From assembly GCA_007119395.1 (NCBI GenBank), contig SKPS01000181.1:1-32447 (forward strand): a stretch of DNA of 32,447 bases, in the 5' to 3' direction. The translations under genes were made by a program, and so were the position numbers. This stretch comes from Lentimicrobiaceae bacterium. Lineage in GTDB: Bacteria > Bacteroidota > Bacteroidia > Bacteroidales > SKPS01. The notes beneath the pieces were generated by a model, which worked only from the letters and a program-made list of their open reading frames with translations, had not been told where the DNA came from and ran no database searches. Below are positions 25,593 to 32,447 of the stretch, in pieces (position 1 is the first letter of the stretch; each line of letters opens with the position of its first letter).

Positions 25593-26645
25593 CTATGGCA
25601 ATGCCACCATACCACTGCAATGATCTTTCATGGCGCCTGTAACGCTGCTCAGAACATTGGGGCGTCCCATCCACCTGAGCAAACCCAGGAATCCGAAAAC
25701 AAGAGCCTCTTTATAATGGATGGTTTTTAAAGCGGGCAATACAAAAGAATCCCCTGCATGCTGTTGCATTGTACGTACAAGGTGCTTGTTCATAGCACCA
25801 CCACCTGTTACCAGTACTGAGTTTAAATCGTTCTCCCTGATAACTTTTGCGATCTGAGTGGCTATGTGCTCACAGCAGGTGTAGAGCAGGTCGCTGTGCG
25901 GTAAGGTATCGTCCAGCAAAGTCACCCACTCAGCAAATACCATCTCTCTTGAAAGTGACTTTGGCGGCCTATTCCTGTAGTATGGTAACTGCTCAAGTTG
26001 AGCTGAGAGAGCGGGAATCAGTTGCCCCGAAGCAGCCATCTCCCCATCAAGGTCAAACGCTTTGGCAACTCTTCCGGCCAAAAGGTTCAGCAGCATATTA
26101 CATGGACAAATATCAAAGGCATGCTGTCTGCCACTTTGCTCGTATGAAATGTTTGCGATTCCACCAAGGTTAAGGCAGGCATCATACTCCCCGAACAACA
26201 CCCTGTCTCCTATTGGGACCAAAGGGGCGCCCTGCCCTTCAAGGTATACATCGGCGGTGCGGAAATCACACACCACAGGAATACCTGCTGCTTTGGCCAT
26301 CACATCGCCATGGCCAATCTGAAGGGTCATCGATTTTTCAGGCTGATGAAATACGGTATGGCCATGGGATGCAATGAGGAGTGGCTCGAAATGATGCATG
26401 CCAACCACCTCTTTTACCGTCTCTCCACACCAGGCACCCAGAGTGATGCTCAGTTCAACAAGTTCAGATGCTGGCAGGATATGCGCTTTGGCAAGTGCCT
26501 CAGCCAAATGAGGAGGGAAGGGCCTCGTTTCACCATGGTCAATAACAAAAGACCAATACCCCTCTCTCTCTGTAAAAGTGCACAACCCAATGTCCAGTCC
26601 ATCCATCGAAGTACCCGACATCAGACCCACAACACGGTATACCAT
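25593..26645 (-). CDS. anmK: Anhydro-N-acetylmuramic acid kinase
   Basis: 350 aa. The N-terminus VVGLMSGTSMDGLDIGLC is the ASKHA phosphate-1 motif typical of AnmK. Further motifs: ..HGHTVFH.P.., NLGGIANI, LVTGGGAMN. Confidence 0.9.
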   Translation of the reverse strand: MVYRVVGLMSGTSMDGLDIGLCTFTEREGYWSFVIDHGETRPFPPHLAEALAKAHILPASELVELSITLGAWCGETVKEVVGMHHFEPLLIASHGHTVFHQPEKSMTLQIGHGDVMAKAAGIPVVCDFRTADVYLEGQGAPLVPIGDRVLFGEYDACLNLGGIANISYEQSGRQHAFDICPCNMLLNLLAGRVAKAFDLDGEMAASGQLIPALSAQLEQLPYYRNRPPKSLSREMVFAEWVTLLDDTLPHSDLLYTCCEHIATQIAKVIRENDLNSVLVTGGGAMNKHLVRTMQQHAGDSFVLPALKTIHYKEALVFGFLGLLRWMGRPNVLSSVTGAMKDHCSGMVALP

Positions 26646-26657
26646 AATATATATATG

Positions 26658-27959
26658 TTAAAGCAAAGGCAACGCTTTCTCCAGGCGAATGCCACGTGAT
26701 CCTTTCAGCAGAATGTGATAGCCGGAGAGGTTCCGGGTGCTGAGCCACTGGTTCAGCTGATCCACATCAGCAAACAAATGATCACCGGTTTCACCGCATG
26801 ATTGCAAGAACTGTTTCCCTACAAAGATGCGCAAAGCATCTGTTTGCGAAACCAGCTCACCAACACTTTTGTGCTCCTCGTCAGCGTAGTCACCCAGTTC
26901 CAGCATGTCACCAAGAATAAAGCACTTTTTACCTGTGGTGAACCTGAGGAAATGTTGAATGGCTTCCCGCATGCTGGCTGGGTTGGCATTATAGCAGTCG
27001 ACAAAGATGGTGTTGTTGGTGTGATGAAGAAGTTGCGATCTGTGGTTTGTTGGCGTGAACTCTTCGAGCGCTGTTACAATGGCCTCTTCATGTACACCCA
27101 TAAACACCCCTGTGGCAATGGCAGCCATGGCATTCTGGAAATTATAGCTGCCGATCAGCTTGGTTTCAATTCGATGTTTGTTGTTCCACTTCATGCACAG
27201 GTTGATGGTGTCATGAAGGGGGGTGCCTAATACATCGGCATTTGTCGTGGTACCGTAAGTGAGCAGATTGCTGCCTGCTTCTTTTGCCAGTTTCATCAGC
27301 AACGGATCATCAAGATGGCACAGGATGGTTGTTCCGGATTGTGAACCAAGGTAGGCGTAGAGTTCGCTTTTCGCTTTTATGACACCATCGAGAGATCCGA
27401 AGCCTTCGAGGTGCGCTTTGCCGATATTGGTAATCAGCCCTGCATGTGGCATTGCGATTTGGCACAACAGTTCGATTTCACCAATGTGGTTGGCTCCCAT
27501 CTCCACGACCAGCACTTCGGTATCGGGTGGAGTGCTAAGCAGGGTCAGAGGTACGCCTATGTGATTGTTAAGGTTCCCTTTTGTGGCAACAGTGTTGTGT
27601 TTTTTTGCCAACACCGCACCCATCAATTCTTTCGTAGTGGTTTTTCCGTTGGAACCGGTGATGCCAATCACTTTGGCCCGCAATGTTTTACGGTATGTTT
27701 TAGCGAGGTACTGTAAAGCAGTGAGGGTATCATTCACCAGTACGCATCGATCATCGGTGCGCGCTTCCGGCCGATCGATGATGGCATAGGCGGCTCCGTT
27801 TTTTAGCGCATCAGAAGCATAGAGGTTCCCATCATGATTTGTTCCACGCAACCCGAAAAAGATGCCACCAGGGGTGACATCTATTGAGTTGGTTGTCACA
27901 AAAGGGTGTTGTAGAAACAGTTGGTACAACTTTTCAAGTGGCACTGGTGATGTTGACAT
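26658..27959 (-). CDS. murF: UDP-N-acetylmuramoyl-tripeptide--D-alanyl-D-alanine ligase
   Basis: 433 aa. The Mur ligase P-loop is VIGITGSNGKTTTKEL, followed by VVEMGANHIGEI, NIGKAHLEGFGS, DCYNANP and GDMLELG. Confidence 0.92.
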   Translation of the reverse strand: MSTSPVPLEKLYQLFLQHPFVTTNSIDVTPGGIFFGLRGTNHDGNLYASDALKNGAAYAIIDRPEARTDDRCVLVNDTLTALQYLAKTYRKTLRAKVIGITGSNGKTTTKELMGAVLAKKHNTVATKGNLNNHIGVPLTLLSTPPDTEVLVVEMGANHIGEIELLCQIAMPHAGLITNIGKAHLEGFGSLDGVIKAKSELYAYLGSQSGTTILCHLDDPLLMKLAKEAGSNLLTYGTTTNADVLGTPLHDTINLCMKWNNKHRIETKLIGSYNFQNAMAAIATGVFMGVHEEAIVTALEEFTPTNHRSQLLHHTNNTIFVDCYNANPASMREAIQHFLRFTTGKKCFILGDMLELGDYADEEHKSVGELVSQTDALRIFVGKQFLQSCGETGDHLFADVDQLNQWLSTRNLSGYHILLKGSRGIRLEKALPLL

Positions 27960-27982
27960 AATAATCCGCGTTGGTTGGATGC

Positions 27983-27990
27983 CAAAAATA
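27983..27990 (-). promoter_or_regulatory. Candidate -7 promoter box for murF-anmK
   Basis: The minus strand reads TATTTTTG (TAnnTTTG match), ending 23 nt upstream of the murF ATG. It is embedded in the T tract of the gldJ terminator. Confidence 0.3.
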
Positions 27991-28019
27991 AGAAAAGGCC
28001 ACCTTTTCAGATGGCCTTT
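27983..28019 (-). terminator. Intrinsic terminator downstream of gldJ
   Basis: The minus strand reads AAAGGCCA-(10-nt loop)-TGGCCTTT: a perfect 8-bp stem (27994-28001 / 28012-28019) followed by TTTTCTTATTTTTGG. It lies 18 nt after the gldJ stop. Confidence 0.6.
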
Positions 28020-28036
28020 CCAAATTCTTTTTCACA

Positions 28037-29779
28037 TTATCTGTTTCCTGAAGGGCTACCCACACGGTGCATGGCGCAGCGGAACCCGATAAAGTCGGTT
28101 GACTGATCCTCTTCAAGGAAGCGACGGGCTCCAGGTGTTAACCAATACTGGCGGTCGGCCCACGATCCACCTTTATATACCCTGACCCTGTCATTGATCA
28201 GAGAGGTTTCACCATAATGGTACATTGCCCTGTCTTCTTCAAGTACTGAGAAGAAATCAACGGAAACCATACTTTCTGCATCGCCGTCACGGTAGTTGAT
28301 GTTGTCAGCCTGGCGATAATTCCTTCTGCCGATATTCTCTTCCGGACGAGTATGGCGCACCTTCATCTGGCCGGGTAACCCCAGTACGTAGTTGGAAATC
28401 CCTAGGAGGAGGGCACCTCCGATACGGATGGTCTCATCAGCCATATTGATGATTTCAATGGCTTCCTGCATTCTCATGGAGGCCTCTTCTATGTTGCGGG
28501 CTTCATCATCATCAATTGCCTGCTCAGATAGGGCAAGGACTCTTTCCACGAGATCCATTTCACGGTCACTGGTGTACTCATGTGCTTGCATCTCATCAGC
28601 GAAATTACGCAGGAAGTCGAAGATGCCATGGTAATCATAGGTAATGAAGTCGAGCTTATCGTCATAAGTCCCTTCGTTGTTCATCACCATGGTGGTAAAA
28701 ACGTTTCCTCTGAAGGGGTTCAGGTCGTGCATGTCTTCGTGGGTGAGCGGGCGGTATACATCGGCAACCCACTCGGCTACGTTGCCGGCCATGTTATACA
28801 GGCCATAGTCGTTTGGCCAGTAGGAGTAGACCGGGGCTGTAATGTTGGCGTTGTCGTTGAGATGACCTGCCACACCCATATAGTCACCACGGGCACGCAT
28901 AAAGTTGGCTACGAACTGGCCATAGTATCTTCTTGCATCGGTACGGGAATGGTGCCCGTTCCATGGGTACATTCTTCGCTCCACGATTCTTTCGTAATAG
29001 GTATTTCCAATCAGACCCAGCGCGGCAAACTCCCACTCTGCTTCTGTAGGCAAGCGATAGGAGGGGAGAAGGATTCCGTCTTCCATTCTAGCCTGTCGGG
29101 TCCCTGCACTGTTGGGGTCAAGGTCTCTCAGCTCTCTTCCAACCAGCCCGATATACTGACCGGCCAGATAGGCTCTTGTGTTAAAGTTCTCTTCGTTTTG
29201 CTGCATAGGATCGAGCTGCAAAATACCATTGTCTATAAGGATCTGCTCATTCACCCTGTCGGTACGCCAGGCACAATAATCACGAGCCTGTAACCAGCTT
29301 ACTCCCACCACCGGGTAGTCCTGATATGCCGGGTGACGAAGATATGTCTCAACCAAAGGCTCGTTAAACGCCAGTTTCCTGCGCCAAACGTTGGTGTCAG
29401 GCAGCGCCTTGTCGTAAATTCTGGGGAAGTCAATTCCGTAAACACGGTTGATCCAGTAGAGGTACTCAAGGTAGTCAACATTGGCCACCTCTGTTTGGTC
29501 CATGTAAAAAGAGCTGACGGTCACCCTGCGGGGAATGTTGTCCCAGGCATCTGTAATCTCAGGGCTGGTTCTACCCATCACAAACGTGCCCCCCTCAATC
29601 AGTACCAAACCGGGACCGGTCTCTTGCTCAATGTAGCGTACCACTTGAAAACCACCATTCTTTGGGTTGTTGTAATCCCATCCGGTGGTGCGTGATACAG
29701 GCCTCGAACAGGAGCTGACCATCATGGCAACCCCTGCTGCCAGCAGAATTCCTGAAAGAATTTTCAATGACTTCATCAT
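28037..29779 (-). CDS. gldJ: Gliding motility lipoprotein GldJ (SUMF1/FGE-sulfatase-like fold)
   Basis: 580 aa with a lipoprotein signal (LLAAGVAMMVSSC). The sequence TTGWDYNNPKNGGFQVV.YIEQETGPGLVLIEGGTFVMG......DAWDNIPRRVTVSSFYMDQTEVANVDYLEYLYWINRVYG closely follows the conserved GldJ N-terminal signature as I remember it. The C-terminus RVYKGGSWADR...FIGFRC is FGE-sulfatase-like. Confidence 0.88.
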   Translation of the reverse strand: MMKSLKILSGILLAAGVAMMVSSCSRPVSRTTGWDYNNPKNGGFQVVRYIEQETGPGLVLIEGGTFVMGRTSPEITDAWDNIPRRVTVSSFYMDQTEVANVDYLEYLYWINRVYGIDFPRIYDKALPDTNVWRRKLAFNEPLVETYLRHPAYQDYPVVGVSWLQARDYCAWRTDRVNEQILIDNGILQLDPMQQNEENFNTRAYLAGQYIGLVGRELRDLDPNSAGTRQARMEDGILLPSYRLPTEAEWEFAALGLIGNTYYERIVERRMYPWNGHHSRTDARRYYGQFVANFMRARGDYMGVAGHLNDNANITAPVYSYWPNDYGLYNMAGNVAEWVADVYRPLTHEDMHDLNPFRGNVFTTMVMNNEGTYDDKLDFITYDYHGIFDFLRNFADEMQAHEYTSDREMDLVERVLALSEQAIDDDEARNIEEASMRMQEAIEIINMADETIRIGGALLLGISNYVLGLPGQMKVRHTRPEENIGRRNYRQADNINYRDGDAESMVSVDFFSVLEEDRAMYHYGETSLINDRVRVYKGGSWADRQYWLTPGARRFLEEDQSTDFIGFRCAMHRVGSPSGNR

Positions 29780-29809
29780 TTATCAATGTTTTAATGCAAC
29801 TATTCCTAA

Positions 29810-30832
29810 CTAAAAAGAAGGACATTTTATTGCCCTGTAGCGTGTAGGCTGAACCGGGCAGTTAAACTTCAATGTAATACTTATCTCATGTGCTCCACCA
29901 CTTACGTTGCTTAAACGGGAGATGGTGATGTCATATGAGTAACCAATCTTCATCTTATCATATTCAAAACCAGCCAACAGCACAACGGCATCTGAATACT
30001 GTCCAATGGCTTCAGGAGAGGAGAGAAACTGCCGGTACCATAACCCCACAACCATTGGGGTGTGGTGGTAATATAATCCGTAGTTAAGTTGATGGAAGTT
30101 TTGCTGTTGCTGATAAATCAAGCTGGGAAACAGATAAGGGTATTGCTCTCTGTAGATGCCTCTGCTTGAACCACCAACAGGAATTTCATAGCCTGTTTGT
30201 ACAGTAAACTTCATAAAATGGCGTGAGCGGTCAGAGTCGTAAAAGGAGTTCACCGGTTCGGTCAAGTGATGGGTGGCAAACCCCAGATAAAACCGTTCCG
30301 AGTAGTATAGAATACCTGCACTGAAGTCAGCGTATTGCACATTGTGATTGCCCGGAATGTTCTGGGTTTGATAGATGAACCCATCACGTGCATCAATCTG
30401 ATCACCAAAGGTTAATTTTGACCAATCCAGGCTTTTCGAGAAGTACGAAGCCTGAAGACCAAAGGTGATGTTGTTCCGGTCTCGTTCATCCAGACGCAGC
30501 CTGTATGCATACATAAAACTGATGCTGTTGTGGGTTAAACTACCCTCTCCGGCTACATCTGACATTGCCAATACACCAAGCCCACCACTTAACTTCTCAA
30601 AGTATTGATCATACGAAGCATTGTACGTGGTGAATGCTCCTGGAATCGACGGCCATTGGTTCCGGTAATTGATGATTAGTCTCGGACAAATATTGGTGCC
30701 TGCAAAAGCCGGATTTAAATAGATCGGGTTCGCGTAAAATTGCGAGAAATGAGGATCCTGCGCATTACTGTGCTCGGTGGCACCCAGCATGGCCAGTAAC
30801 AGGATCAATGATATTATGACTTTTCTCACCAT
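29810..30832 (-). CDS. PorP/SprF-family type IX secretion system outer-membrane protein
   Basis: 340 aa with a signal peptide ending NAQ. It is followed by the family hallmark DPHFSQFYANPIYLNPAFAGT, a beta-barrel-like alternating pattern, and a C-terminal aromatic residue (..KCPSF). It lies 30 nt upstream of gldJ with no hairpin in between. Confidence 0.85.
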   Translation of the reverse strand: MVRKVIISLILLLAMLGATEHSNAQDPHFSQFYANPIYLNPAFAGTNICPRLIINYRNQWPSIPGAFTTYNASYDQYFEKLSGGLGVLAMSDVAGEGSLTHNSISFMYAYRLRLDERDRNNITFGLQASYFSKSLDWSKLTFGDQIDARDGFIYQTQNIPGNHNVQYADFSAGILYYSERFYLGFATHHLTEPVNSFYDSDRSRHFMKFTVQTGYEIPVGGSSRGIYREQYPYLFPSLIYQQQQNFHQLNYGLYYHHTPMVVGLWYRQFLSSPEAIGQYSDAVVLLAGFEYDKMKIGYSYDITISRLSNVSGGAHEISITLKFNCPVQPTRYRAIKCPSF

Positions 30833-30902
30833 GAATTAATTAATCAGGTTATCATACCGATATTTTCAGCTCACAATATTACGATTTTTTTTTAAAACCG
30901 CA

Positions 30903-30910
30903 CAAACATA
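30903..30910 (-). promoter_or_regulatory. Candidate -7 promoter box for the PorP/SprF-gldJ unit
   Basis: The minus strand reads TATGTTTG (TAnnTTTG match) 70 nt upstream of the ATG at 30832. An A/T-rich tract including a T9 run (30885-30893) lies between the box and the start codon. Confidence 0.3.
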
Positions 30911-30924
30911 CCTCATATTACAGC

Positions 30925-30969
30925 GAAAAAAATGTCATCTGCCTGTTTTTATGTTAACAAACAGACATT
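30925..30969 (-). terminator. Hairpin plus T tract inside the porU/PorP-like divergent intergenic region (weak terminator or attenuator-like element)
   Basis: On the minus strand, AATGTC+TGTTT pairs with AAACA+GACATT (11 bp, interrupted by a 7-nt bulge, 10-nt loop containing GTTAAC). A T run follows (plus-strand A run 30926-30932, two of which are in the stem). It is AT-rich and bulged, so only marginally stable. Confidence 0.25.
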
Positions 30970-30992
30970 CAGTAGCGTATGCTTTATGCCCG

Positions 30993-31123
30993 ACATGTAA
31001 CAGGCCCAAAACACCTCTACTTATACCCAAAAACATCCACAGGGTTACGTTTTTTTACCCCTTTTTACACCGTATATCGAGCAGTTTTTTGTGAACAACA
31101 TGATGGAATTGTCTGTTACATGT
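30993..31123. repeat. Perfect 11-bp inverted repeat, ACATGTAACAG (30993-31003) / CTGTTACATGT (31113-31123)
   Basis: Read directly from the sequence; the arms are exact reverse complements separated by 109 nt. The function is unknown. The arms could be two operator half-sites or the closing stem of a structured RNA. Confidence 0.5.
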
Positions 31124-31335
31124 TGCGAGTTAATGGTCTTTTGAACTGCTAAGAATTATCTGATTGAAAAGTGTGCTTCCCATCATGCCGTAAACGGCTG
31201 AAACTTTCAAGGAATGTAAACAGTATAAGGAATGTTGCCGGGGTGAGTCACTAACTACAGTGAATGCACAATAAATAGAAAAAAAAGGTGTTAAGATAAT
31301 CAATTGCATAGATTAGCCCCTTGAACAGAATTCCA

Positions 31336-32447
31336 ATGATCACCAAAGAAAACTCGCTGATTGCCAATCCATACCACCGTAGTGGCCTGAGTCACTTTAA
31401 GGTATTCGTTGTTTTTATGATCCTTGTGGTTGTTGCATCCGCATTGGGCTTTGTTCAAAATGTGCATGCTCAGCCGGATCGCCGGGCACCCTTGTCGGCC
31501 GACCCCCAATGGGTACATATTGAGTGGATGTCACCGGAGCAGTATCAGATAGATGAATTTGAAGTGTTTCGTCGTATGATTTTTCGGCAAGCTGTTTATC
31601 CTGATGATCAGCGCATTCCGGTTTGGCACTACCTGTATGAGCATCGTGGTGAAGGGATGGATGTGCAGCTTCGGATTGTTCCGGTTGAAACAGCTCGCAT
31701 ACCAGCGGCTGAAGTGGAGTTATTACCCGGTGGGGAGGCCATAGGAGAGGAGTTTAAGGTTGAAGTTGTGCCTGCTGTGATGCGGAGAGTTGACTACTCA
31801 TCGTTGTTCGTTACACCGATTAGAAGAACTGCATCGGGTATTTACGAACGATTGGTTTCGTTTCGTATCGAGGTAGAGGAGGCTCCCCGAAAGGAGGCCC
31901 CTTCTGCATTTCGCAGAGCCAAAGGGGCATCACTTCTTGCTACCGGCGATTGGCATCGGGTGCGTGTAACACGTTCAGGAATACATCGAGTTGACTATAA
32001 TGACCTGTTGGCCATGGGCCTCGCAGGTCAGGGGGCTGATAACATTGGTGTGTATGGCATGGGTGGTGCCATGCTGCCCGAACGTGCCGGTGCACCCCGC
32101 CCCGATGGCCTGCAGGAATTAGCCATTGTTGTGGTGGACGGTGGTAACAACAGCATAGACCCTGGTAACTATATCCTCTTCTATGCCGAGGGGCCCGGAA
32201 GATGGGTGTATGATGATGTAAACAACAGGTTTAACCACCAACCACACCTGTATGATGATGTTAACTACTACTACCTGACCCGGAAGAGCACACCCGGCCT
32301 GCGGATTGAAAGCCAGGTGCCCCCAACAGGAACCCCAACACACCAGGTGGATACATACCATGATCACTTCAGGCATGAAAGGGACTCTGTTAACCTTTTG
32401 AAATCAGGTAAACTGTGGCTGGGTGAAGTGTTTGATCACAGAACTAC
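31336..32447 (+). CDS. porU: Type IX secretion system sortase PorU (peptidase C25 family), N-terminal fragment; 3' end lies outside the window
   Basis: This frame is absent from the ORF track because it has no stop inside the window. My manual translation from ATG 31336 gives MITKENSL...HFKVFVVFMILVVVASALGFVQNVHA (signal), then ...SLLATGDWHRVRVTRSGIHRVDYNDLLAMG......IGVYGMGGAMLPE.....RPDGLQELAIVVVDGGNNSIDPGNYILFYAEGPGRWVYD...NRFNHQPHLYDDVNYYYLT. This matches the conserved PorU N-terminal layout. An alternative start is ATG 31417. Confidence 0.8.
   Translation, partial: MITKENSLIANPYHRSGLSHFKVFVVFMILVVVASALGFVQNVHAQPDRRAPLSADPQWVHIEWMSPEQYQIDEFEVFRRMIFRQAVYPDDQRIPVWHYLYEHRGEGMDVQLRIVPVETARIPAAEVELLPGGEAIGEEFKVEVVPAVMRRVDYSSLFVTPIRRTASGIYERLVSFRIEVEEAPRKEAPSAFRRAKGASLLATGDWHRVRVTRSGIHRVDYNDLLAMGLAGQGADNIGVYGMGGAMLPERAGAPRPDGLQELAIVVVDGGNNSIDPGNYILFYAEGPGRWVYDDVNNRFNHQPHLYDDVNYYYLTRKSTPGLRIESQVPPTGTPTHQVDTYHDHFRHERDSVNLLKSGKLWLGEVFDHRT

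Noticed and set aside
28580-29293. 237-aa plus-strand ORF antisense to gldJ
   Set aside because: It lies fully inside a gene with a strong GldJ signature. The antisense translation is V/G/H-rich with no motifs and is the typical mirror frame of a long coding region.
31304-31321. Possible sigma-54 promoter on the minus strand (GGGGCT-N-ATGCAA, GG-N10-GC spacing) that could link the bEBP cluster to the T9SS genes
   Set aside because: Only the GG/GC dinucleotides and part of the -12 element match; the -24 element is GGGGCT rather than TGGCAC. It lies about 470 nt from the nearest downstream start codon. Matches of this quality are expected by chance, so it is not reported as a feature.
31300-31518. 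72-aa minus-strand ORF at the porU 5' end
   Set aside because: It overlaps the porU signal-peptide region on the opposite strand. Its translation has no signal, TM or motif features, so it is most likely a shadow ORF.

Overview
This looks like a Bacteroidota chromosomal segment. It carries gliding/type IX secretion genes (gldJ, a PorP/SprF paralog, porU), several TAnnTTTG-type -7 boxes, and almost no Shine-Dalgarno signal. I call 28 CDS (two cut by the window edges) and 2 tRNAs. Most of it is core housekeeping: waaA fragment, TlpA-like oxidoreductase, tRNA-Leu/tRNA-Gly, aroB-aroA, efp-lpxD, a small Wzx/Wzz/O-antigen-ligase/GT4 envelope polysaccharide module, rlmH, DUF4783, nadC, yihY, an ECF sigma/anti-sigma/Spy-like triad, anmK, murF, gldJ, PorP/SprF and porU. 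The only accessory-looking block is a five-gene, same-strand signalling cluster at about 2.2-11.3 kb. It encodes a single-domain receiver, a 1487-aa 7TM-PAS/GAF hybrid histidine kinase, a receiver-kinase hybrid, and two tandem NtrC-type sigma-54 activator paralogs. One paralog has lost its Walker B, GAFTGA and arginine-finger motifs. This cluster is my best candidate for something not yet described. However, every part belongs to a known family, so any novelty lies in the wiring and in the degenerate members, and it is not demonstrated here. I found no transposase, integrase, CRISPR array, toxin-antitoxin pair or recognisable defence gene. All calls come from reading the translated ORFs and the DNA by eye; no database search was run.
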